Source: Cenococcum geophilum (lineage: Eukaryota). From it: a stretch of 64,000 bases of DNA. A program made the translations under genes and the position numbers. The notes below the pieces were generated by a model that worked only from the letters and a program-made list of their open reading frames with translations, was not told the origin of the DNA and searched no databases. This document shows, piece by piece, positions 1-13,335 of this stretch; positions within the stretch are counted from its first letter, which is position 1; every line of letters starts with the position of its first letter. The stretch is from NCBI GenBank assembly GCA_050273025.1, contig CP158636.1, forward strand, positions 6,200,001 through 6,264,000. Reading direction: 5' to 3'.

Positions 1-3000
1 CTTTAATGCGTATATATTAGGAAGGCCGCTACGAGGTTAAAGTCCTTTAGTTATTATAGGGCTCTAAGTTCCGATTGCTCTATAGCTTTACTATTAGTTT
101 AAGGGGATAGCTTAGTAATTAGGGATAGTGTATTACTAAGTTCTAAAAATGTATTAGGAACGTCCTATTTAGGTATATTTAGACCCTTATTAGTAATAGA
201 CTGGGTACTAGCTAGAACATTAGTAAAAACTAATAGGGCTTATACCGCCTAAGACTTAGTGTATAGAGCTGTGGGTACTTAAGTATCCTATACCTAAAGC
301 TTGTTCTATAATATAGGGAGTAAGATATCTATTATCTGTTTTCCTTCTCCCGTTTTAAAGCCTTTAGTATAATCTGGCCGTTATAACGGTCTATTAGTAG
401 GGTTGTTTTCCCCTAGCTTATATTTAATCTTAAAATTAAATTATATAAGCTCCTCTGCCTATCTAGCTTATTAAGGTATAAGCTCCTTTATAGTTATAAA
501 GTAGCGTAAATTATAGTAATCTAAGAGTATATAAGTGGTATAGCTTACTTACTTAAGGTAGTATCGCTACTATTTAAAGTAGTTAACTATAGCTAGCAGT
601 TCCTTATTATGGGTATAATACCTAATTTTAGGTCCCTGGAATTTTCTGCTATAAAATACTACTAGTCTCTAATAGAGCTGGGTAGCGTTTGGATGCCTAT
701 TAGGTTATAGTAGGATACCAATAAGGGCAAAATTTAATGCATTAGTGATTATTATTAATAGCTAATCTAGGTTAAAATGCCGCAGTAATAAAGCTTCTGT
801 AAACTTTATGCGAAGTTTTTAAAAGGCCTTTTAAACTTTTCTGGGCTATAACCATAGCTTATACTATTTAGTTAGTCCCTTTTTAGTTTTCTTTCTTACC
901 GCCTTTAAGCTTTTTGCTCTTTAGGTTAGGTTTTAGAAAGCTTCCGTAATATAGTTAGATAGGTATTAGGTAACGTTTAAGCAGTTATAGATAAAGCGCC
1001 TATAGAAATTGGTAAAGCCTAGAAATACTTAAATATCCTAGTAGCTCTTTAGCTTTAGCTACTCCTGGATTATCTATACCTATATTAGGTCTATAACTAT
1101 ACCTATAGGCGTTATAATATAACCTAAGAACTTAACCTACTTAGTATTAAAGATATACTTTAACGCCTTAGCGTAGAGGCCCTAATTATCTAAACGTTCC
1201 AGTACTTCGCGGATATATTGCTTATATTAATTCTTATCTTCTAAGTAGATTAAAATGTTATCTAAATAGATAACGTATATATGGTTAACTAGTCCCCCTA
1301 AGGCTCTGTAAATATATAATTGGAATGTTATAGGCGTATTAGCTAGCCTAAAAGGCATTACTAGATACTTAAAGTAGCCGTATTAGGTCTTAAAAGCGGT
1401 CTTTTATTTATCCCCTTTTTTAATATAGAGCCTATAATAGGCGTCTTATAAATCTAACTTTATAAAGATCTTCGCCCTAGATAGTTAATCCAGTATTTTA
1501 CTAACTAGTGGTAGTAGGTAATAGTTTTTAATTGTAATCTTATTAAGACCGCGATAGTTTATATATAGCCTTATAGTTCTATCTAGTTTTAGGACAAAGA
1601 GGATTGGCGCGCCTAACGGTAACTTATTAGGCCAGATCCATCCCTTTTCTAGTAAGCTATTAAGGTACTCCCGTAGGATCTTAAGCTCTTTACGCAAGAG
1701 GTTGTAGATAGGAAGATTTAGTGGTTATTTACCTTCTTTTAGATTAATTGCATAATCGTACTCCGAGTTCTGTAGTAGGACTTTAGCTCTCTTACCTAAA
1801 AATACCCTTAATAAGTCCCTTAGGCCTACTAGAATAATTAATAAATTAGGGTTACGTTTGTTCTCTATATTATTATTAGGTAGGTTTTAGAGCTTCCTTA
1901 GGATGCTTATAGGCAGCGTTATACACTATGGTAGTTATTTATATATAGTTACTACTATATATTATACCGTTTTATACAGTAGCTAATAAAGGGTAAGGAA
2001 ATCCTTAATATAGCGCTTAAGATGCTATAGTATACTCTCCGTATATTACTTAAGCTAAAGTAACCTATAACGGTTAAAGTATCTTATAAGATCCTTAAGA
2101 TTACCGCCTCCCTATAATGTCTCTGCGACCTATTTAATAGTTCCCTATAGGGTCTTTATTATAAAGGGGTTATTACCTATACTAGGCTTTATACCTATCT
2201 TGCTATTAAATAGGGGTTAGATCTAATACTCCTTTAGGTATAGAGCGTATACTATTTTACCTGGGGCTATATTCTTTAAGATGTTCTTTAGGCTTATTAG
2301 TAATATACACTCTTCTAAATCTTTATTATTCTACTATTTAAAGGCTCCTATTTTAAAGCGTATTTTAGGATCTACTTCTATAAGCTAAGGGTATCTAAGG
2401 ATAAGGTTATAACCTATAAAGTTAGCCGCCTAGAAGGGTTGCGGGCCAACTACCTTAGTGCGGTTATATATGTTGGCCGCTAACACTATAAGCTTATAGG
2501 CACTATATAGTTTAATCTAATGCTTATCTAAGAAGCCTATAATAGGTTTCCGCCACCTTTATAATAGGATAAGTTTATACTCTTTTACTAAATTATATTA
2601 TATAAGATTAATTTTAGCGCCGCTATTATATAGTGCTTAGAATTAATATATCTTACTTATAGGGAGTGTTATTTCTAGCTTAATAGCGATATAAAGAGTC
2701 TTTCCTTTTATATCTTGCCCTAGTTATAGCTAAGAGAGGTCCACAACTAGGGCTTTTCTTTTTTTAGATTATTAGTGCGGTTATTGCCCTACTTATTTTT
2801 CTAATAGAATCTACCTCTAGAGTTTTCTCTTAACTTCTTAGAGTGTTCCTATAAAGGTGCTAGATAGGTATTAGGTTAACCCTAGAAGTCTTTCCTATTA
2901 TTTAAGGTTTCTAACTTTAACCCTTCTAAAGTTTTTTTTAAGAACGGCTTCTTTAAAGGTTGGGTCTGCCCTATATTACTATTAGAGTGCCTACGCTTTT

Positions 3001-4552
3001 AGTAACCCTTTAGCTTCCTACTAAAAGAGGTCTAGTTTTTTACCGTATCTTTAGCGTTTAGAATTACTCGTTTAAAATCCGTATATATAGTGATCTGTAA
3101 TAGGGCTTCTACGCGCTTTATTTTATTATAAATTGCTAGCTTAATTTTAGCCTAGATAACCCCGATTTTCTCCTTTTTATAAATGCTACCGTTCTTATTT
3201 TTAAAGGGCTCTAGATCTATTTACTAAGTATAAGTTTTTATAAAGTTTATAAACTAACGAAAGTTATGGCAGTCTAGCTGTGTCCTATTCTAGAATAGCT
3301 CTGCATTATTATATTATATAATATACGGATCTTAAGTCTATTTCTTTAGAAAGGTTTATAGCTATAGTTATATAATAATTTGCTTTTTATTAAGCTAATT
3401 AGTTTATATCCTTTTTCTATTTATAGTATAGATAACTCTTTAAGTCTTTTATACCTCCTTAAGTAGGTATTAAATAGCTTCCGGGAAGCCCTTAGCCTTA
3501 ACTAGGTTATAAAAGAATTTGCCTAGCTTAGATTAGACCCTACTAGATCTAAATTTACCCTTAAAGGGTTCTAATATATTTATTAGTGGCTTCCTTCTAT
3601 ATAGCTTCTAAGAGCTTTATAATAGCTTCCTAATATCTATTTTAAAGGAGATTGGTATAGGGCTCTTAACCTTCTAAACTTAGGCCTAGGGAAGCTCCTA
3701 TTATAGAGGTAGTATTAGTACTAGTAGCTAGTATAGGCTTCCTAACGAGGCTTAGGTCTTAAGTTAGTAATTAGCTTAGATTACCTAAAGGGGTAGGCCC
3801 GCTTAGCTTGTAAGCAGTCTATATACCGCCACTATACTAATTATAGGCCGGTGGTCTTTTAGGAGGGTTCTAGTTGGTTCCCTAGTTAGACGTATTAGTG
3901 TATTTCTTTAGCATTTCTAGCTTAGGGGAAGATCTTAAAGTTACCTCTAGCGCTTAATCTTCTAATTAGCCTAGGTAGGGCTAGAGGGGTTCTAGCTGCT
4001 TTTTAGTAGTATTATAACCGTCGTAGAGGGTATCTGTATTTTCCTTAGCGTTATTAATAACTATAGGTATACGGGAGTCTTTAAGCTCCTAGAGTATCTA
4101 GGTATTAGGGCTTATTCAGCCGTCTTACCTAAAGGGTTATATTATCGCAATCTCTTACTGTTAGAGGGATCTTCCTGCCTTTACGCGACGGCTTTCTATA
4201 AGGTATCCGTAGAGTTTCCGTTTAGGTCGTTATAAGATTTTAAGGGAGAATAGTACTTATAAATAAAAGATATAAATTAATAATCTGGTCCTTAAAACCG
4301 ACTACCCTTCTAAAAAAGAGTAGGAAGGATTTAAATATAAGGGGATTTTGTAGATAGGGGGCTATAAGGACACGATTGTGGAATAGGATAGATTGGTAAG
4401 AGAGACGAATCCTTAAGGAGGTAAGGCCTTTGGGATTGTAGAGACTATATACTATAGGTATATGCCTTTAGCACGTAACCGGTAACTATCTAAGGGGCGT
4501 CCAAGGGTTGTCCTAAGGGTAACTTAAGGTGTCCGTAATAATATCCCTTATA
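1..4552 (-). mobile_element. Ty3/Gypsy chromovirus family A, copy A1 (5' LTR, gag, protease, RT, RNase H; runs off the window start), RIP-degenerate
   Basis: Reverse complement aligns with copy A2 at about 19543-24274. The RT relic includes ORF 1485-1697 (LEKGWI..PLGAPILFV.K.D.TIRL..NYRGLNKIT) and a YLD(N) motif near 1250-1275. Many TAA/TAG codons from CpA>TpA changes. Confidence 0.95.
4336..4552 (-). repeat. 5' LTR of Gypsy copy A1 (~217 bp)
   Basis: Reverse complement of the 215-bp LTRs at 19543-19757 and 28248-28462; TG..CA termini RIP-mutated to TA..TA. Confidence 0.92.
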
Positions 4553-7500
4553 CTTATCTCGTAGAATTATAGATCTATAGTAGTTGTTATAGTTCCGTAT
4601 ATAGCGGTTAATATCTATAACTATTTTAGGCTAGTAGTAGCGGTTGCTAATAATCTTATAGGTCTTATTTTTTCTAGGGTAGGCTGTAGAGACCTAGGTA
4701 TAAGCTTTGGCAATAAGCTAGGTCTATAAGTTCTATTTTTTAATTACTACTAGCCGTTCCTAGTGCTTAAGTAGTTTATTTTTAAGGGACTATAGGCTAG
4801 TAACGTTCTTTACTTTTTATTAGTACTCCTATAAAGAGGGGTTTGTTTAGTTAGCCTATAGTAGTTTATTAATAAGGTTAAGTTTAAAGGAGTTAATAGG
4901 ATATATCTTGGCGCCTAAGGAGTCTGTGCTTAGTTCTGCCCGTATTTAGGGGTTAAGGTATTTTAGTTATAGTAGCGTCTGGGTCCGTAATAAGATCTTT
5001 ATAGCCGTCTAGTTATTTAGGTCTTGCTTATACCTTATAAGAGCGTTTATATGGTTTATAGCGCCTAGTCTATATATAATTAAGAAGTTAAATTAAGATA
5101 GGGTATCCGCCTAGCGTACTTACTGGGCTGTAAGGGCCTTAGTTATTATAAAGTATTTTAGGGCCTTATAATCTAAAACTACCTTAATCGGCTTAGGGGT
5201 CCCTCTAGCTATATATACTAGTGCTAAAAGCTAGAGATAATAGCTAGCATTTCTTTATTATAAATATAGTAGTTTAGCTTAGTATTTATTATAGTTTTTA
5301 AATAGTATATAATAGGGTACTACTCTCCATCTGGTTGCTTTTAGGAAAAAATACTAGCTATTACGCCGTTTAAGGCATTAGTTTCTAGTATTAAGGGCCG
5401 TTTTAGGTTAAAATAGATAAGTAGGGGAGCCGATACTAGCCGTTTCTTAAGCTTATTAAAGGCTTGCCTATATATAGCGTTAAAGTAAAAGGGCTGGTCT
5501 TTTTTAGTAAGACAGTTAAGAGGCTAGGTAATCCTGCTATAGTTCTTAATAAAGTATTAGTAAAAGTTATAAAAATCTAAAAATAATTATACCCCCTTTA
5601 CGGTCCATGGGGGTGCCTACTAGTTAATTACAGCCGTCTTTTCTAGGTTAGTTTTAATTCCGTTTATACTAATAATAAAACCTAAGTACTTTATACACTT
5701 AACACTAAACTCTAACTTCTTAATATTAACCTAGAGGCTAGTTTTACGAAGCCGTTATAGGATTTTATAGACGTGCTCCTTATGTTTTAGCTTATTCTTA
5801 GAGTAGATTATAATATTATCTAAATAGGCCGCATAGAAGTTATTAAGGTAATTAAAGAGTATATTATTTATATACCGCTAGTATATAGCTAGTCTATTAG
5901 TTAGTTTAAAAGGGAGTACCTTATATTTATACGTTCCGTAATAGGTCTAAAATATAGTAAAATCTTTAGACCTAGAGTTTATCCTAATTTAGTAAAAGGC
6001 CTAGTAGATATTAAGCTTTATAAAGACCTTAACTCTACTTATTTAGGCTAGAGTCTTATTAAGTAGGGGTAGTAAATAGCGGTCCTTACGGGTTATATTA
6101 TTTAGCTTATAATAGTTAATATAGAAGCGGAGTCCTCTATTTAGCTTTTTAATAAAAAGAATAGGTAAGGTAAAAGGGGCTTAGCTAGGCTTAATAAAGC
6201 CCTTATTTAGGTTATTAATAAGATACTACTTTATAGCCTATAATTTGGTAATAAACTGCTTATAGAGGGGGCTAAAGCTAAGGGTGTTTTCCTTACCCTG
6301 CTTAATCTTAATCTTATAGTTATACGGTTAGTAAGGTAGAAGTATATTAAACGCTACTTTAGAGAATATATTCTTGAATTTCTGGTATTAATAGGGTAGC
6401 TTTTATTCTACTAGTTCCTTATTTATAAGCTTACTTTTTTATCCGCTAAGCTCGCTTTTCTTTTCCTTAATTATTTAATTAATTTTATATAAGCTTGTTA
6501 TAAAGGCGACGGTATTAAGCTAAACTAAGTTCTGGTAGAATCCTACAGCACTAATATAGCAGATATTAACTAGTAGGAGGTCTGCTAGTTTCCTTATAGC
6601 CGTTTTCTAAACCGCATTTTACGGTTTAGGGTTTATAATCTTTCTTAGCTCCTATTCTATCTTCTATAGGTTATCCCTCTAATCTATTAGTTTAGTATAA
6701 TATCTAACGTCCCTTACTATTCTTTATAGCTATATAGGGCCTAAGCTCTCTATAGGGGGCTTTTTTAGGTTACTACTAACTTCCTAGGTCTTTAATGTGG
6801 GTGGCGTAATATAGGTAGTCTAGGGGCGACGTAGTATACAGATCCGTTGCAAATTAAGCTATATATCTTTCTTAAAGGCCTAGTCCCTATATATAGCATC
6901 GGCCTAGTAAATAGTATTAATCTAGGGCCGTATAAGGTTTTTCTATTATAATGCTAATTTCTTTTATAAAGGAAGGGGTTAGGGATAGGGTTTTAGGCTA
7001 GATAAGCCGTTTACTCTATATATTAAGCTATAAGCCTAAATAGGCTAGCTATTTTCGCCTTAAGATTATATTTTAGCTACCTAGGTCTGTAATAAGGAAG
7101 GGGATATTATACTACCTTCGTCTGTTAATATGGAGGTAAATCCGCAAGATAGTTATAATAGGTGGCCCTATTTATCTATTATACCCACAAATAGAAATTA
7201 GTTTAGGTAGTTCTTTAATAGGTATATTTAGAAAGTTAGCTAGCTTTACGGCATACTAGGTGTCTATTAAGGTAAAGGTATTTACTTTAGAGTTAGCTAA
7301 AGTAGAGGTTAAAATTTAGTATCTATTGCGGAATAAAGTATAAGGGATAGTATAGCTTCTTTTACTAACTAGCTAACCTAGATTAATATCTAATATCTTA
7401 ATCCCTTTTAACCCTAAAGAGAAGTCTTCCTCTAGGGTTTCTCTTTTTCTAACTCCGCGCTATTTTCCTAGATTAATAGAACCTTATCTACTTTTACGTT

Positions 7501-9016
7501 TATTAGGTAATCCTTTATATAGTAACCTTTCTAACTATAAGAGAAGTAAGCTCCTTAATTACTAAGGGCCTATATATAGGGGTTGCTATATATAGGCCGA
7601 GTATTCGCTAGACCTATAGTAGGACTAGCCATATAGCTAGCTATTAAATTAGTAGTAGGCTATACGGGTGGTGCTATAGGGGTTGCTAATTGTGCTAGGG
7701 TATTATAGGCTGTTTTTATATTGCTTATAGTCTAATTTAAAGGGTTTCTAGTTTTATACTATTTAGCACATACCTTAATTTAGTGAAGGCCTTAGTTAAT
7801 AGCCAAGCACTAGTCCGTAAGTTCCTTTAGCGTCTATATAGTAGTAAAAACTAGTAGTACGGCTCGCTATAGGTCTAGGGTAAGCTTATTAAATAGGTCT
7901 AGCATTAAATTTTCTTAAGGAATTTAAGCTTAGCTAGCTAAGTATAAAAAGCAGGTCTAAAAGGCCGAGAAGGTCTCTGTCGTTTTTATATTTAGGCTTT
8001 TATAATTAAGTCAGGCGTTTTATACTTTAAAGGGGTCCTTAAAAATAGAAGATAGGTAAATAATTATCTCTTTTTTAGAGAGAAAGGGGTCTACTAAGTC
8101 CTATACATACCGCGGATGTAAGTACGTCTATATATCCCCGCCGGTACGGCTAAAGACGTAGGCTATTTTAGCCTAAGTAGTAGGGAAGTAGTCTATATTA
8201 ACTTTAAGCTTATTTTATAATTAAAGCTTTCAATTATTAAATATAGGGTTAGTTCCGTCTATAAGCAATAGGGGGTTTATAACCTTTATAGACCGCAACA
8301 ATGCTAATGCTATATATTAGGCTAGAGCCTTAAGGACTATAGTAAGTCTTTAGGTGTCTAATAATTCCTTATTAGGTGTAAGGGGTTCTCTAGCTTTAAG
8401 CAGCTCTTAAAGTTATTTAATTTTAGCATTAGCTACTCTAAGCTCTACCTAGGAATTTAAGTTAATTACTGTTTTACTATTAGAGGTATTTAAGGGTCCT
8501 ATAGCTGCTTTACCGGCTATTATATTTCTTAGCATTATAGTACAGTTATTAGGGTAACTTTTAGTAGGATTCTATAGGGGTTCTAGTCTATGCGTATTTT
8601 ATAGGTCTTATTCTTCTTTTTTATTCTTCTGGTTTTAGTAATATTCTTTAGGTCTAATTCTATATTCTATTCTAGTTTATAGTCCATAGATATATTTAAG
8701 TTCCTTTTTAGAAAAAAAGGGTAGTTAAGCTTTAGATAATATTAGCAACTTAATTAATTAAGGTATAAGTACGGCAAGAGGGACGCGCAAGCCTATATAA
8801 TTGGTAGTTTATAAATAAGGATCTAAAGCTAGACAAAGAAAAGGAGACAGAGGGTAGCGCCGCTTAACGTTATATATAATCATCTGGTTACGTAACGGCA
8901 ATTATCTAAAACTATATAAAACTGTCTGCGACTGTTTACAACTGTCCGCTATAATTTACCAATATCCACCAATATCTATTAGCCATAATCTACCAGTTTC
9001 CACTAGCGCCGTAACA
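4553..9016 (-). mobile_element. Second Ty3/Gypsy family (B), RIP-degenerate, interrupted in its integrase by copy A1
   Basis: Minus strand begins TGTTACGG at 9016 (probable LTR ~8764-9016). Gag CCHC knuckle relic at ~7500-7555, RT relic FYAAYLD(N)IIIYS at ~5800-5840, integrase zinc-binding relic at ~4555-4680, where it is cut by the A1 LTR. Confidence 0.88.
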
Positions 9017-9700
9017 ATACTTATCTTTTATATTAATTTAGGTTTAAGAATTATATATTATTTTATAAGCGTATATTGCTTAGCGGCCTCTTCTATAAAG
9101 AGATATAGGTTATTTTAACTTTTATTAAATATTAGAAGATTAGGGAGCTTTTTAGATTTTATAATAAGTTAAGCTACTATTACTAGTTTACGGTTATTTT
9201 AATTATATCCCTAAGCGGTATTAATATTAAAGTCTTTAATATAAGCGCTTTAATATTATAGAGTTTTTTACGGATTACTTTAATTAATTACTAATATTAG
9301 CCTTCTAGTATAGCCTATTACTAGGCTAAAGTATCTATAAAAAACTATTATATTATGGCTAACTATTCCCTAACTAGGACTATAATACTCGTAGTTAACG
9401 CGGGAGATTTAAGTTTGTTTACTATTTTAATAGTAGTTAAATTAATATAATGTAATATAAGGGTGTGAAGAGGCTTTAGAGTAGATTTAAAGGAATAGTA
9501 TAAACCCTATCTAAATCTAAGAATATAGCTCTTATTAAAAATAAGACGTTATATAAAGAAGAGAGAGGAATATTATTGTTAATTCTTAATTAACGTCTAA
9601 TACGGTCCTAATTAAGGTCTTATAGACTAATTCCGCGAGGTAAGGTATAAAAAACCTCTTAGGGAGACGTAAGAGATAATACAGTATATACCTACAAGTT
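9017..9700. other. Heavily RIP-degraded AT-rich repeat relic of unresolved family
   Basis: TpA-rich, CpA/TpG-depleted composition; no protein motif could be read. Confidence 0.5.
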
Positions 9701-9761
9701 AGCACCTATACTATATTAACGGGAGGAAAAATACCATTAGGTTACTACTCTAAGACTCCTA

Positions 9762-9900
9762 TCCCTTGCAACGTTGGGTCCTACTAGAGGTGGTCCGTGC
9801 GTGAATACTAGAATCAGAGCTACATAACTCCAAGATTCTTACGATTTGATTGGCTAGAGATTATTGATAAGAATAGGGTATATTTCAACGTTGTAAGGGA
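9762..9900. mobile_element. Small MITE-like element (~139 bp) flanked by TA
   Basis: ta|tcccttgcaacgttg ... caacgttgtaaggga|ta: a 15-bp terminal inverted repeat with one RIP-type mismatch. Confidence 0.6.
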
Positions 9901-11485
9901 TAAGGGAGTGTCCTAATCGCCTATCTTACCCTGTCTATTACTTATACCATACTTCTACTTAAATTAAGAATATCGTAAAATTAATATTATCCTACCCTTG
10001 CTCCCATTTAAATGCCCTATATATATATACACGTCTACGGTCTTTCTACTTGTAGTATAATTTCTACCCTAAAGGAATAGCGGGATAAATATAAGAACTA
10101 GGTATCTTTTCCTAGGGCCCTAACCTAGGTCCCCTATATATCCCTAGCTAAAAATATAGAGGAAGACAGAATACCGCGCGGTAAGTCTAGGCTATTAGGT
10201 AGGATAGGGAATAAGAGGCTTATTATAGACTTCCCGGGGCGTATACGGTTCGCGTAGTTACCGTGCCGTATAGGTGCCGTATAAATAATTATATACCGTA
10301 TGGGAGGAAGGGAGGACGCCGAATATAGATGCCGTGACTCAAGTCGTAGTTTCGATGTATAGACGTAATAACCGTTTTTGAAGCTTCCGTTAGGGCTCAT
10401 CCTCCCAGCGAAAAAATTCTCCACGCCACCACCACGTCGCAGCGCCAGCTGTACACACATCTCTGCATTTTGCTCTGGTAGTCTATTAACACGATCCTAA
10501 TGGAACGCCAATGTAACTGCCGGGTTCCCGGGCTCCACCGCGTGGAGGTGCAGAGGCCGATTTTTGTGGAGCCCAGAGAAAGGAATATAGGAATCTTATA
10601 ATTAAGTAGTTAGGGGTCTTAGCTAAGGGCAAAGGAGCTAAAGTTAAGGCCTTAAAGGGTATTAGGTAGAAAGGCCAAGGCCGGTATATTAAGTAGCACA
10701 TAGAGGGAGAGGATTAATTTGGTTTGATCAAGCGTAGATTGCTTCAAAAGCGGTGGATTGGGTTAAGTGGCCGAGCTCTAGGGGCCCGAGTTTATATAAA
10801 CTGTAGGCCAGATAACGAAAGAAGCGCGATGATGGCCCTCAATAACAATTGACCTCTGAGTTGGGGCAACGCAATTCCCAATGCACACGAATCCATGCAT
10901 TTGAGCTACATATAAGAGCTTTAAGTAAGCTGGAAAAGCTCACCAAGGGAAAAGCTCTACTGAAGGAATCGACAAAATATAGCCAGCATTGGTCCAGTGC
11001 GTCCAACAGAAAAATGTCTCAAATCCAAGCGTCGTGAGAGCCGTCCAGCGCCGTCAAAAGGTACGCATCAGCTCGCGAACTAGTGTATGCAGTTTATGTA
11101 ATCCCATAGCGTTGTCAGATTGTCGTGACTGAGGAACTCGGTTAAGGCAGGCAAATTCAAGTAGTCTGACGTGCGGGTGTTTGAGAAAGACAGCTTTAAA
11201 GTTCTGTTTATTATCTTTTCCTTCGCAGGTTGAAAGAGGCCCATTCTCTCCAGTCCTTCCTTCCCCCCCGTATCATCACATTCGTTAATCTCCCAATAAA
11301 ACCCAATCCCACCGAGAATCCGGTCAATCGCCCTCGCGCCTTGCTGAATCGCTTCCATACTTCATCGTCACAACAGCAGTCAACAGCAAAGCCGACCACC
11401 CAAGCTCAAGAGTCCGTGTGACAGTCATGAATAACGCACGGGCGGCGTTCCACGTCCTTGTCCCTTTCCAGGGAATATTCACGCA

Positions 11486-13168
11486 TCACGAGTACCGCGG
11501 CACGCCGGCGCTGCCACTCGAGCTGGATCCGGCCCCCAGGCCCGGGTCGCCGAAGGGATCGCGTCCGCTCGGCGAGAACTGGTTGACGCTGCCGGAGCCC
11601 GACACGTGGCTCGACGGTGCCGCCGAATGGTAGTCGCCGAGCTCAGGTTGCCAGATGGGGAAGCCATCGAGTGGCTGGCTCTCCCCGATCGGCTTGCCGC
11701 GAGAGTAGTCGGCAAGGCTGCCGTTGATGCCGGTGAGGGCCCATGCGAAGACGGCGACGTCGCGGATACTGTTCATGAAGTCGACCTGCGACGGGCCGGC
11801 CTGGGCGTGGCCTTGTTGCGGACCGCCGTAGCCCGCAGGCATGGCGGGATGCACGGCACCCAGAGGAAAGGGCGGAGGTTGAGGCAATGGTGGGAGGAAC
11901 ATAGGCTCTGGAGCCCAGGGTGCCGCGAATGTCCCGTTGCGGTATTGTGGTTGCGCGACGGGAATCTGAGGCTGCGCTGTTGGTGGGATCATCGGACGCG
12001 CCCGGCGGAGACAAACCACGAGTCCGTCCGAGGTGCACGAAACCACTGCTTCGAGTTCGATGGGCTCGTTATGGTCTGATGCTGCGGATTCTGGGGACGA
12101 CGTCGACGAGTGCGGGTTGCTGGCGTTCCCTAAAACACCCTCGTGCGAGTCCGAGGGATTGATGCTGTCGCCCCAGTTTGTTCGCGATGCAGAGAGGCCT
12201 TCGTCACTACCGACATCAATACTGTTAGAAGGATTGCCATGGGAATTCGGTTCATCAGATGATGTTCCCGACAGGCCTCTTAGGTCAATTCCACCCTCGT
12301 CTTCATCATCGTCAGATATGACGTCGGTCATGGTCTCGTCCTCACTCTCCGATGTGTTAGTATCGGTGTCGGACGTGTCGTCTTGCCGCGGATCGCGAAA
12401 AAAGAAGCGGAGATAGGCAATGGAATCATTACCCTTGGCCGTCTCCAGGCATCTGACGGCATCTTCCAAGCAGTTCTCTTGAATACAGTAATAGAAGCTT
12501 CGGCCTTTCATGACCTCGCCAGAGATGCCAATAATCTGTTCAATGCCATTTGTGGCGTACATAACAGTCAAGGTCCGGGTAAATCGATTAAGGAAAAGCG
12601 CGGCACGAGGCTCGTGGGTCTGTTCCTGCGGGCCGAGGGTGAATTTGCTGGACAGGTGAGATAGCATATGGTATCGAGGGTCCTTCGGAGAGGAAGAGAA
12701 CAAGCGCCGCACCATTGGCGCCTCGACAGCCCTCTCTGTGGCCAAGATTAATGAGTGAAGTAGAAACGGGACGGGATTTGCATACTTTGGCTGCTCATTC
12801 CACGTCGATAGACGCTGGTGCAGCACACCATCACGTCGTAGACGACCGAGAAGCAACACTCGCAACCAATCCACTGGCCTTGGCGGTTCTTGATTTGGCA
12901 ATAGGCGAGGACAGCAGCTTTGTCGAGCTTCACACCTCGACTGTGGAGCTGCCTCGCGAGAGGAATCTCATCGGGGTGGAAAAACTCCCAGCAAGACCTG
13001 TTGACGACTTCGTCAGGAGTGTGTCCGAGAATGTCCACAACAGAGTCGGAGCAATAGAGGATTCGTGCATCGTGGGTGAGGTCTGCAGTCGCGCGAATCA
13101 GCAACCTTTCTGATATCTCGCTAACCGAGTGCTAACTAACCGTGAATTGTGATGAAGGTGGTGTCCAT
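11486..13168 (-). CDS. PAS-domain protein (two PAS-like regions, acidic linker, Pro-rich tail); 3 exons 13168-13141, 13082-12786, 12735-11486
   Basis: Spliced product MDTTFITIHDLTHDARILYCSDSVVDILGHTPDEVVNRSCWEFFHPDEI...KRAVEAP...LTVMYATNGIEQIIGISGEVMKGRSFYYCI; introns have GT..AG ends and keep the frame. Confidence 0.88.
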
Positions 13169-13239
13169 TTTTTCTAAAGTGTACCCGTCGAGCTGGTTGG
13201 GCTGGTCGAGGTGTGGCGTACGGGACGAATTCCGCGAAA

Positions 13240-13335
13240 GACTTCAAAGACTTCAAAGGCTTCCAGGCTTCCAGGCTTCACTCCAGACACTTCACGACTC
13301 CAGGCTTCACGACGCCAGGCTTCACAACTCCAGAG
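13240..13335. repeat. Degenerate short tandem repeats (ttcaaagac, ttccaggc, ttcacgactccaggc) upstream of the PAS gene
   Basis: 8-15-bp units visible directly. Confidence 0.7.

Noticed and set aside
10134..11420. Short ORFs at the TE/gene-island border
   Set aside because: No recognisable motifs; partly RIP-affected sequence or the probable 3' UTR of the PAS gene.
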